In this document: piece by piece, positions 53,020 to 64,000 of the stretch | Layout of the letters: each line of letters opens with the position of its first letter | How positions within the stretch are numbered: position 1 is the first letter of the stretch | NCBI RefSeq assembly: GCF_009834535.1 | Contig: NC_045707.1 | Coordinates: 50,656,001-50,720,000, forward strand | DNA from: Camelus ferus | Lineage: Eukaryota | Direction: 5' to 3' | Length of the DNA stretch: 64,000 nt | Notes under the pieces: model-generated | Databases searched by the model: none | Seen by the model: the letters and a program-made list of their open reading frames with translations, nothing else | Told to the model about the DNA's origin: nothing | Position numbers and translations under genes: made by a program

Positions 53020-56000
53020 AGAACTATGGAAATGGGAAATAGGTGAGTAATGACACAAGATTATTTCATTTAAAAAATTCTTTAAAAATATATTAATTAT
53101 TTAAACTAAAAATTAATATAAATGTATTATGGGGTTTATGATATACACAGAGGTAAATATATCACAATATCCCAAAGGATGGAGGAAGGGTAATTGGAAT
53201 TATATTGTTGTGAGATTCTTACATTATATATGGTGCAATAATATTAATTCAAACAGACTTTGACTAAGTTAAAGACATATATTGTAATCTCTAAACAACC
53301 ACTAAAAATTAATACCAAGAGGTATAGCCAAAAACTATCAGGAGACTGAGAATGAAATCCCAGAAAGTAAATGATTAAGTGATTGTCAGACTACTTAAAG
53401 GCCTAAGACTCAATTAGGTGTTGTTTGAAATTATTGTTTTAAATATAAAGGCACACATGAGTTGAAAGTAAAAAGTTAGAAATAAACATACCATCCAATC
53501 CATAAGACTAAGAGACTTCGTGTGACTAGATTATTTTAATACAAGAAGTATACCAGAGACAGGGAGTTACTTTATAATTATAAAAGGATTTATTCAACAG
53601 GAAGACATAATTCTAAATGTACACTCATTTAATTATAGAGCTTAAAAATAATTGAGGCAAAAATGGACAGAAGTTAAGGGAAAAACAGACAAATCCACAA
53701 TTATATGTGGAGATCTTAACACCTTTCAAAATAATTGACAGACTAGCCAAAACAATTACTAAGGACATAAAAGACAGGAATGCTAGAGGGCACATCAATA
53801 TAGATCCTGTAGACATTAAATAATAATAAATATATATTGTGAACATCTTTATGCCAATAAATTTAATAACTTAGATAAAATGGGACACATTATTTGAATA
53901 ATATGGCTTTCCAAAACTGGCACAAGTGAAAATGAAAAATGTGAATATTCCTATACTTAATTAAAGAGGATGCAATTAAACAACTTCTCAAAGAAAACTC
54001 CAGGCTGAGATGACTTCACTATTGAAGTCTATCAAACAGCTAAGGAAGAAATATCAATCTTTGGAAGATCTTTTAAAAAATAGAAAAGGTGGATGCTTTC
54101 CAATTTGTTTTATGAGTGAAGGAAAATCTGGCAAAGACATTATCAGAATATATATATGCCAATATTTCTCATAAATGTAGACACAAAAATCATTACTAAT
54201 TATTAGCAAATTAAATCTACTAGTACATAAACAGGAGAATACATCAAACTAAGTAGAATTTATTTCAGGAAATTTTGGGAAAAAAAATCACATGATTATT
54301 TCAATAAACACAGAAAGTCATTTGATATAGAACAGCAGCCAAAACTTATGCTAAGAACTTCTTGGCAAACTAGAAGGAGAATTTCCTCAACTTGATAAAG
54401 GGCATCTATAAAGAAGCTATACTTAATATCACATTTAATAGTGATTAATTCCCTCAGATTGGGAGAGGAAAAGATGTTTGAACTCACAACTTATATTTAA
54501 CATTGTACTGAAGATCCTAGCCTATGATAAACCAAGAAAAAGAGGAAAAAAGCTTCCAGATTGCAAAGGAAGATATATGACTATTTGCAGCCATCATTGC
54601 TCATGAAGATAATCCTAAAAAATCTACCAAAAATCCATTAGAGTTAACAAAGTAAATTTAGCCAAGTCACAGTACATAAAGTATAGAAAAATACAATGTA
54701 AAAATGTTTTACAATACTAACAAAAACATAAAACAGTTGGGAATACTTCAAACAAAAGATGTGCAAGTTTTCTATATTAAAAAGATAAAACAGGAGAATT
54801 TCAAAAAGACCTAAATAAATGGACTATGTTCATGGATTGGAAGATTCAGTGCTGTTAAGATGTCAATTTTCCTTAAATGGGTGTATAGGCAGAATGCAAT
54901 GCCAATTAAATTCCAGCAGGCATTTTTTTTTATAGAGAAATCAACAAGCTGATTGTATAATGACTGGGAAGATGTAAAGCACTCAAATTGGTCCTCATTT
55001 TCAAAAAATTCCAAAATTTTCTGAAAAAGAGTAACAAATTTGGAACACCTATGCTACCTCATTTCAGAGTATACTGTAAAGTTATATTTGTCAACATAAC
55101 ATGGTAGCAGTGTAAAGAGCGACAAATAAATAAATGAAAGAACAGAGTCCCAAAACAAACATTTATATGGTCAACTGATCTTTTCTAGAAAGAAGCAAGG
55201 TAATATAATGGGAGAATGATAATTTCTTTAGTAAATTATACTGGAAAAATTGAAATACATAGAAAAAACAAATATAAAACTCATCTTCCATCATACATAA
55301 AAATTAATTCCCAATGTACCACTGACCTAAATATAAAGCTAATACTAAAATTTCTACAAGAAAACATAGGAGAATATCTTTACATTACTGGGGTGGGTAA
55401 AGATTTCTTAGGACAGAAAAAGCTATAACCATAAAAGAAAAAAATAACAAATTATACTCTATCAATATTAAACTTATATTCCTAAAAAGACATCATTAAG
55501 ACAATAAAAAGGCTGAGATAATAATTTGCTTTATACAATCAGAGTAGTTAAGGAACTCCTTCAACTCAGTAATAAAAATACAAACCAAAAAAAAAAAAAA
55601 AAAAAAAAAAAGCCAGACTTGAACAGAACCTTTAAAAAGGAAGATACAGGAATTCCAAAGCATACGTAAGAAGCACACTGAACATCATTAGTTTTTAGGA
55701 AACTGCAAACTGCAAATTAAAATCATAATAAGATATCACTTCACACCAACTAGAATGGCTAAAATTAAAAATAATAATCCCAAGCATTGAGGATGTGGAA
55801 TGAATGGATCTCTCAGATACTGCTGGGAGGAGCATAAAATGGAACAGCCTCTTTAGAAAATAGTTTGCGTATTCTTATGAATGTAAACATACACATACCC
55901 TATGTCCCAGCAATCCCATTTCTAGGCATTATCCCAAAATAAATGAAAATACATATTTATAAAAAGATACGTACAAGAATGTTTGAGCAGTTTTATTCCT

Positions 56001-56460
56001 AGTAGCAAAAAATTGAATGATTTATATGATCCAATGTTCATCAACATGTGACTGGACAAACTTTAGTATAATCAGAAAATGGAACACTTAGCAATAGGAA
56101 GGAACAAATTGCTGATACACACAAGGATGATACGTACAACAAAGATGAATTTCAAACATCATGTTGAGTGAAAAAAGCCAGACACAAGAGAGTACATTCT
56201 GTATGATTCTATTTATATGAAGTTCTAAAACAGACAAAATAAAGCTGGGGTTTTAGAAATCAAATTGTTTCTTGGGGTATGGATAGGGGGTGAAAGATTG
56301 CAAAGCACATTACAGAGTTTTCTAGGATAATGAAAATACTCTACATATTAATTGGAATGCTGATTACACAGGTGTATACATGTACCAAAAATTATTGAAC
56401 TGTATACTTAAAATGTGTACATTTTAGTATATGTAAAATGTACTTCAATATAGTTTAAAA
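53020..56460 (+). mobile_element. Old L1 (L1ME-like), degraded ORF2 and 3' UTR, ~3.4 kb
   Basis: Colinear L1 blocks, e.g. tgttcatggattggaagattcagtgctgttaagatgtcaatt and ccctatgtcccagcaatcccatttctaggcat; ends tatgtaaaatgtacttcaata. Confidence 0.92.
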
Positions 56461-56529
56461 GCATTTGTAAAGAATGACACTGCTCTACCTATTTTCTCTA
56501 CCAATAGCAATAACAAAATGAAATTGAAA

Positions 56530-56790
56530 AGTTAACATTTATTGAGCCCCTGTTCTTTGCCAGGCACTATGATAAGTGCTTCATGCATGTTAACTAATTT
56601 AACCCTCCTAAGAATTCTTGAGTACTTCACATCATAGATATGATGTATCCTATCTCCACCGTATACATAACAAAGTTGCACAGAATACTGCATTAATAAA
56701 CTCAGTGGTTCACAGGTAGAAACCGGTGGAGCCAGTCTATTAATCTAGGCATTCTAGACGCACAGCCTATTCTTAATCACCTCACTGTGC
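56530..56790 (-). mobile_element. MIR SINE
   Basis: aacatttattgagcccctgttctttgccaggcactatgataagtgcttcatgcatgttaact...tcttaatcac. Confidence 0.7.
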
Positions 56791-57728
56791 TAATTTCTAC
56801 CCTGCAGTTATAACTGACTGAAAGATAAAGAGCTCATTTTTTTTTTTTTAGCAATATTAGATTCTATGAGGTTGAAATTCCTGAGGACTTCAACACTAGG
56901 AACCAGGTAAGCTATGTAAATCCAAATTAACTTCTCTAGGTGTCTGCTTGTGTAACATGGAACAATTATAGGTATACAGCTATCATTTCTCCAGGTGTTG
57001 GAGACAGGCTGCCAATTCCTCAAAGCTGGCAATTCTACTGGCAGCTGTCAATCAGTTTTGTGCAGCATCCCTGTGTAGTCCACCAGAATATTTCGGATGC
57101 TTTCTAGTCTCCTTTCCATGCCTTGGTTTCACCCGGTCTCCAGGTGTGCCTGGTGTCCAGGTGTTCTTAAAAAGAGCCCACTATCATCTTCCCCTTCAAC
57201 AACCCATGAGCTGAATAAAAAGAGAAAGGTATGTGGGCCTGTGTGAGGTTTCTCAGTGGAGGGCATATCAGGGTTTACACTAGAATGGTAGGCATTTTGC
57301 CATCTCTGCATGTAGTGTATGCTCACTTGACAGCCAACAAGTTGGAACATATGATAGAGTCTTACTTATTAAGTTATTCTACACTATATCTATAGGTTTG
57401 TTTCTATCAAGACACTTAAGAATTGGATTTCATGACATATAATCAGGTTTCATGAAATCTCCGTACTGCTTTGTAATCAAACCAATGGATTAATTTGCTT
57501 TTTTTTTTTAAATTACATGTTTGTACATAGTACTCCTAGCTCCCATTGGAAAGCAAGGTAATCATACTTCCTTTTAAATCTTTTTTTTTTCATTTTTTAA
57601 AATAATTTACTGTTTTGTTTACGACAATTTGGAGTAAATGAAAATTCACCAATCAAACCTAGAAAATACCTTGCAAAGAAAGCTGTTTAATATCCTCATG
57701 TTTGCTTTGTTCCAGAATTAATTTAGGC

Positions 57729-57870
57729 CAGTGTTTCTCATTTATAAATTAGGGTCCTGGGTCCTACCCCCAAGTCTACAAATCAGCGCCTCAGCTGAGG
57801 ATCTCAGGAGTCAACGTTTTAGCAAACACTCCAGGTGGTTTTATTTACCCTTAAATTTGGCAACTTCTGT
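57729..57870. mobile_element. MER5A-like hAT-Charlie MITE
   Basis: cagtgtttctca...tcctgggtcctacccccaagtctacaaatcag...ttttagcaaacactccaggtggtt...aaatttggcaacttctg. Confidence 0.7.
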
Positions 57871-59140
57871 TTTAGGCCTGACAGAGAGGGAAAAATAGCT
57901 GTGAAACATTTTATTTGTGAGAAGCCATTCCTAAAATGAATGGAGAATAAAACTGCAGCCAGAAGAAGAAACATTTCACATCGGCACAGCGGCTTCTCTC
58001 TGCAAAGGGCTACTTGCCGGCTTGAAAACGGGATCTGTAAAACCTATAGCACACGATGCTATTATCTTCAACCTCACAAAGAGAGTTTTAGATCTGCTAC
58101 ATGAAAGATGTTGTAATAAACCACACAAATGCTACATTGAACTAAAGCAAATGCGCAGGGAGAATTGAATACCTACAGATATAAAACCTCAGTTTGTTTT
58201 TTTAAAGATCCTTTTCATCTCAGGAAGAAAGAGAGATTTAATCAGTTCTTTTGCAGAAGTTATCCCATGTCTGAATTCTGCCTGCCTGCTTTTAGTTCAA
58301 AGGGGACAAAGGTAGTTTCTTCTTCTAAACCAAGTTGGGAAGGGTCAGGAACAAAAATAAATGAACAGCTACCTTTATTTCCATGGCTCAAATGATGTGT
58401 AATATGAGGCATTTCAATTTTGAGGAAAAGGAAGAATGTGGCTCCTACAGAAGCTTTAATGTAGTTGAGCTGTGGTTTCTTTTCTTGTTTTTTCCTTTTT
58501 CCATTAAATTGAACATGAATGAATGAACAAATGAACGAATGAAGGACCAAATGAACTAACAAATACTTTTAAATAATTTGATTGAACACGTTTTATGTAT
58601 TTCCTGTTCCTTGCATGATTTTTCACCTGTGACTGAAGATTGCCTGAGCATTACAAATAGGCTTCTCCTGCCTCCTGAACCCTGGCTGGCCTCGGTAAAC
58701 CTGACAAGCTAAAGAACAAGGAAAGGATCTCTGGAAACAGATGGCTCCAAGCAAGACTTTGTCCTCTCAAAGCAATTCACCACTAGCTTCCGTAAAAGCC
58801 TGGATATCAGCGTGCTACTTTTCCATCCAGGCTTTCGTCATCATTGAGAGCAGGCATTACACCAGATTCTTGTCTTACTCTTTGTTCCTCTGAACTCAGC
58901 TAGAGAGTAACACCTCAAATCAGCTCTGCAGAACTATGATGCAAGGTCAGAAAAGAGGCAAACTAATTTCTTCTTGTTACCAAAGCAAGTACATTCATTA
59001 AAAACCTATTTAATAAAATGCCCACACTGGGTACAGACTGCAAGTGCTAGAAGGAAAGGAGAAGGGGTTTTGAAGCTGTGTACTAGAATGGGAGGACCAC
59101 ATCATGAAGTATTGAAGGCTATTAATATTTACCTTACACA

Positions 59141-59265
59141 GGGGAGGGGATAGCTCAGTAGAGTGCCTGCCTAACATGCAGAAGGTCCTGGGTTCAATCC
59201 CCAGTACCTCCACTTAAAAATAAGTAAATAAACTTAATTACCTCCTCCCCTAAAAAAATAAAAAA
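59141..59265 (+). mobile_element. tRNA-Ala-derived SINE, camelid Vic-1 type, with TSD
   Basis: ggggaggggatagctcagtagagtgcctgcctaacatgcagaaggtcctgggttcaatccccagtacctcc; perfect 12-bp TSD ttaccttacaca at 59129-59140 and 59267-59278. Confidence 0.92.
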
Positions 59266-61494
59266 GTTACCTTACACATTCCACATAAAATGGCTACCTC
59301 ATAGGCTGACCACTTAATTAAATGTTTGGGGGTCAGGTTTGGGTGCTTAAAAGAAGTGTTATAGAAAATAAATAAGGCTTTTGGAGGGATGTCAACAGGA
59401 ATCAGAAAAGCAATTCTGGATTCTTAACTGGCAAGGCTTTTTAAATTGGCTCTCGTTTGTATTACTCATTTCCTCTTCAGCCACACCCAGCACCATTTCA
59501 ATTCTCTGTCATTCTGAATCTTCTTATTTATTATATTGATCACACAGCAATCACCTGTGATTATTTTATCTATTATCTTAAAATAATCGCCATCAAATTT
59601 CCCCTAAACTTGACATATAGGGTTTACAAAGATTGTTATTTGTCTAGACTAATTGCTCTGCTTTTGAGGGAAAACTGAAACAAAGGTTTTGGTGCTAAGA
59701 TGTTGAAGAAAGACCCACAACACTTGGACCTTTAGCAATGCTCATGAAAAAGTATTTTATGCATAAGAATTGGAGAACTACATAAAAAGATGAGTATTTC
59801 TAGGACTGAGGATGAAAGGCACATTGGTAACTTGCTCCTCCCATCTCTCCAGTTAATGCTTATTGGGATGAGGGTGGAGAGTTACTGAAACAAACAAGAA
59901 TCTGTATGTTGCAATTACAATTAGAGAAAGGATGTATAGCTTATAAGGCTCATCAAATGTCCTTCCTTGAGCTGATTTTAGAGCTATCCAAACCCATAAT
60001 CCCACAATTCCAGGAGGCATGATGGTATTCACAAAAAGCTCTTACAATACAGACATACTATAATCTCTATCCTCTATTATGATAGGACTTGAAAGGATGA
60101 CAAATAGTAAAAGAAGTGAGGTGGGGCAGTAGCCTGGTACAGTTAAAATCACTAATACCACATTAAAATCCATAATGGAGGAGTTTAGATTAAATGACAG
60201 GTACAAAATAAATGGAAACATGCCCTCCAACTCTATAATATGAAATACTGATCAATCATTCGAGGAGTATTCACTGAGTACCTAGATATATAAGGAGCAT
60301 AAAATATGATTCCTGCCTTCAAGAAGTTTAGATCCAAGAAGTGTACTATGATAATACATTATTTTTTCCATGTATAATCACCTCCCTTCTTGGTAAGAAC
60401 TTAATTTGAATGCATTATTGGCACACACTGTCTACAGGCATTCAGCCCCATGAATGAAGGCAAAGAGTTCATCTGATTCCCTGTGGCTTGTCTGTTCTGA
60501 ATTCATTTCACAGATGATCAAAAGCTTATGCATCTGAAAACACACACACAAACTTGTGCACTGGTAAGAATGCTAAAGAAAACAGACCAGCTGAATATTT
60601 GGCTTCTCTACTTTCAACATGTTTCATTTGAAATACGAAATTATAGTTAAAGATAGTCTCTATAAAACATACTGCCAGATATAAATTTGAGATTTATTAT
60701 TTTAGCAAAACTGGATAAATCATGCTGAATATTAGTATTTAAGCTCTTCAAAGTGATACTTAGTATCTTTTTCATTTGGTGATGGTATTGTCGAAATAAA
60801 TACAAGTGGTTAGTGCCAGTGTTCTAATTTTTTTAGTATGCACCAAAGATGTTATATTTACTAAGCACCATTGAATTTTCAGTAGTTAGGGTATTTTTCA
60901 AATCTTGAAAACCTTGCCTATATTTCTGTTTCTGTCATAGCAGGGTTCCTATGATTACACAATCTTGTCTGGTTCATTTTAAACAAATGATGGCTAAGAA
61001 GGCCAGGTTCTTTGCTATTCCACAAATACGAGTTTAATCCTTATTTTGTTAGTATGAGCCATTGGCTCCATTTTTAAGAAAATAAAAACTTCCTCCTTTT
61101 AAAAAGAACCAGAAATAAAATTCTTCTCCAAAAAAAATGCTACCACTTTGTAACTTCAATCTACTGGATTCGAGCCTTCTAAGAAAAAGTAACTGTGCAG
61201 CTGGTGGCTGACTCATGAGACTACCATGCCTCAAGTTTCATTTGTCCTTCTGCAGAATTCTTTATAATGGTTATTATGCTCCATGCTTAAAATTCAGTTG
61301 TTTTTTAAAGAAAACAAAACCTTTATTTCTATTTGTCATGAAACTTTCAGAAATACAAACCAGTATCAATTAAGTTTTAAAACAAATGAAATATAAAAAT
61401 AATACTTACATTTTACAAAGACATATATTCTGAGGGGACCTAATTTTTTAAGGAATTTGCAATGTGGGGGAAACTTCTGCTGAATGATAAGATC

Positions 61495-61700
61495 ACTGGA
61501 TTCAAATCTTGACTCCAATAATTACTTGTTACGGAACCTCAATAAAGTGACACTGTTTTTAAGCCTCAGTATCTTCATCTATAAAATAGGCATGATAATA
61601 CAATTACCTCACAGGGAGAGACGTTAATTAGTAAAAATATTTAGACTCATTATTAGCACATAATTACCTAACAAGCATTAAATAAAATGGCAGTAATTTT
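61495..61700 (+). mobile_element. MIR SINE
   Basis: ctggattcaaatcttgactcc...aagcctcagtatcttcatctataaaataggcatgataatac. Confidence 0.8.
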
Positions 61701-61806
61701 TATCATCATCATCATCATTATTATTATTATTTCCAATTGATGGCTTTAGATTTGAATGCTGTTTGACTTACATGTATTATCGTGGAAGTTCCAATTATGA
61801 ATACCT

Positions 61807-61935
61807 ATGTCTTAGGTTGGTTTACTTAAAAGTAGGCCCTGGGGCCAGAATTTTAGTGTAAGTAGTTTATTTGGGAGATGATTTCAGGAAGTATCAGTAG
61901 GAGAGAGAGAAACTGGGACAAAGGGGAGGAAAGAG
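61807..61935 (-). mobile_element. LTR16/LTR33-type ERVL LTR fragment
   Basis: tgtcttaggttggtttacttaaaagtaggccctggggccagaattttagtgtaagtagtttatttgggagatgatttcaggaag. Confidence 0.65.
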
Positions 61936-63562
61936 GAGGAATCTTGAAAATGTTAGCCAGAGCACATATGAGCTTAAATAATCTGCAAACCCTGAGATAG
62001 TCTTCAAGTTACCTTTAGCATATACAAAATCCAGACTGTGATTTTAAGGTGCACCTTAAAATGACTAATCAAATGACTAAAAGGAAGAAGTATATCTCTT
62101 CTTTAGAGACACTATACTAGGATAGATCTCTGCTGAAAACTCTATCCAAGGAAGCAGTGCTACAGAAAATAATTTGAGAGTTAGGAATGTGTGGCTTACA
62201 TTTTCTATTTTTGTTTAATCATTGTGAGTATACAGGAAGTATTAGGGTGATTTTATTGAAAGGCTGTTTAAGTACAGAAGCTGATCATCTTAACTAGCTA
62301 CTTTTCACATCCTAAAGCTCAAGAAGTACGTACCACTCATATGCTTTGTTATTCATACGCAAAATATAAGTTTTCTTAAAATAATTATCACCTTTCTTTA
62401 TTTATAGAAAACTTGTAAACTTGGTGAATAATGAACTACATCTACTTTGTCAGTTTCTATAAATATAATAATAATTATTGTTAAAATCAGTGGCTAAATT
62501 TTGAAAATAGCTGATGATAATAAATACAGATGTCATTTACAAGCTAGAAATGCAGAGGGAGAAACTATACAATAAAAAGGCTGTAATCATGATCTCTTTG
62601 TTGAATTCAGCCCATAATTTTCAATGTCAGCTTTCTATATCCATATAGTTCATGATAATACTCACTTTGTTAAATTGTATGCATTTAAAAAAACAACAAT
62701 CACCAAACAAACAAACAAACAAAAAAAACCTCTAGTACAACTGAATGAATAAACACAGGTTTAAAGTGATGGAGTTCAAATCATTTCCTTTACATAAGGG
62801 AGTAGCACTTCGGCTAAACTTTGAGATAGTACTTTTGGAATGTTGGTAGCTTTCTCTTCAAAAACATTTTAAGGAATTTTATGGTTCCAGAAATTTATCT
62901 TATATAACATCTTTGAATCTGGAAACTTGGATTTTATTGTTGGTCCCACCACTGGTTTAATGACAGCAGTCTAGACACGTATGTTTCCCTTCTCTCCTCG
63001 CTTATTCATCCTAACTATTTTACAGTTTGGGGTAAAGGCAAAATATAGGTAAACCTACTCATCAGTCTCATTTTTAATAAATAAAAATTCAAGAACTAAG
63101 TAAACTTTCACATAGAAGGATACTGAATGAATACATAAGTAATGTTCACTTAAAGGTCAACTTTTTTTCCAGGCTTACTGATTTCTGATTTTTAAAACTG
63201 ATTGACTCAAACGGTCTGTGACCTAGTATTACTGTTTTCTACATGGAACTTTTCACTTGCAATTATTCACCCAATCTCTTAGGTTTCTGCTACTATTCAT
63301 ATGTCATTCATTCACCAAATGTATTTTAGCATATATTCTACATGAGCTACTGTTAATAGCTGCTGGAGAAGCAGGAGTGAATAAAATGTATAAAGTAAAA
63401 GTAAATACAGCAGTTTATCAGGGAGCTTATTCACTGATTCAGTCCTGCAAGATTCCAAGTAAGCTCCAAGTTATTGTTAAATCAGAGTAATTTCACCAGG
63501 AATGGTGAATTCTTTGACTTGCAGATGACAAAGAATAAACCTGAATATTTTGGAAATTAATT

Positions 63563-63592
63563 AAGGAAGGAAGGAAGGAAGGAAGGAAGGAA
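63563..63592. repeat. (GGAA)n microsatellite, ~7 units
   Basis: Read directly. Confidence 0.95.
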
Positions 63593-63654
63593 ACCACAAA
63601 GTTTCTTGATTATACTGCTAACAGTCATGATCCAGGAATGAGGATCATACTTAA

Positions 63655-63860
63655 CCACACTCTTCATAAACATCAAGGTCAAGAAAGACAAAGCTTGAAG
63701 AACTATTTCAGGTAAAGGAGACTAAAGAGACAGGACAATTAAGTGTAATACATGATCCTGGACCAGAAAATTTTTTTTCTATAAAAGCTTTATTGGAACA
63801 ATTGTGAATTTGAATAAGGTAAATATTAAAATAAAAGTACTATTTCCGTGTAAATTTCAT
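63655..63860 (+). mobile_element. L1MC-like 3' UTR fragment
   Basis: aaaggagactaaagagacaggacaattaagtgtaatacatgatcctggaccagaaaa...tttattggaacaattg. Confidence 0.7.
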
Positions 63861-64000
63861 TTAAAAAACTAGCATCCATACAAGAATCATCACTCTCTTC
63901 ATCAACATTTCTTTACTCTTCCCCCTTAGCATATAAATATGTTCAGATTTTTTCCCTATATTTAGAAAAAGAAAACTCACCATGGTTTGCCTCCCTCTCA

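Noticed and set aside
59141..59212. tRNA-Ala genes here and at 6460-6535
   Set aside because: Both have degenerate cloverleaves and SINE tails, and this copy has a TSD; they are SINEs.
1..64000. CRISPR arrays, operons or other prokaryote-type systems
   Set aside because: The sequence is clearly mammalian, with no regularly spaced repeat arrays or gene-dense ORFs.

Overview
This is 64 kb of AT-rich mammalian non-coding DNA, intronic or intergenic. It is probably camelid, inferred from two tRNA-Ala-derived Vic-1-type SINEs and cetartiodactyl-type L1 3' UTRs; I recognised no BovA/BovB. I cannot support any host protein-coding exon, RNA gene or CpG island, and the recognisable ORFs in the track are L1 ORF2 remnants. 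The window is a layered transposon record: young and old L1, HAL1, L2, L3, MIR, MLT1, LTR16/ERVL, an ERV1-type solo LTR, a Tigger1 derivative, MER53, MER81/94 and MER5. I found no convincing new biological system. The most notable signals are mechanistic footprints: (1) a 42-bp perfect inverted copy of one MIR core inserted into a second MIR ~1 kb away; (2) a probable L1 3' transduction inside an MLT1 LTR; (3) a 5'-inverted L1 with a very large internal gap; (4) an unexplained ~360-bp insert splitting an L2; (5) a decayed coding-like frame near 29.4-29.9 kb; (6) a perfect 22-bp palindrome and a hairpin. Subfamily names come from recalled consensus sequences, and the boundaries of old repeats are approximate.
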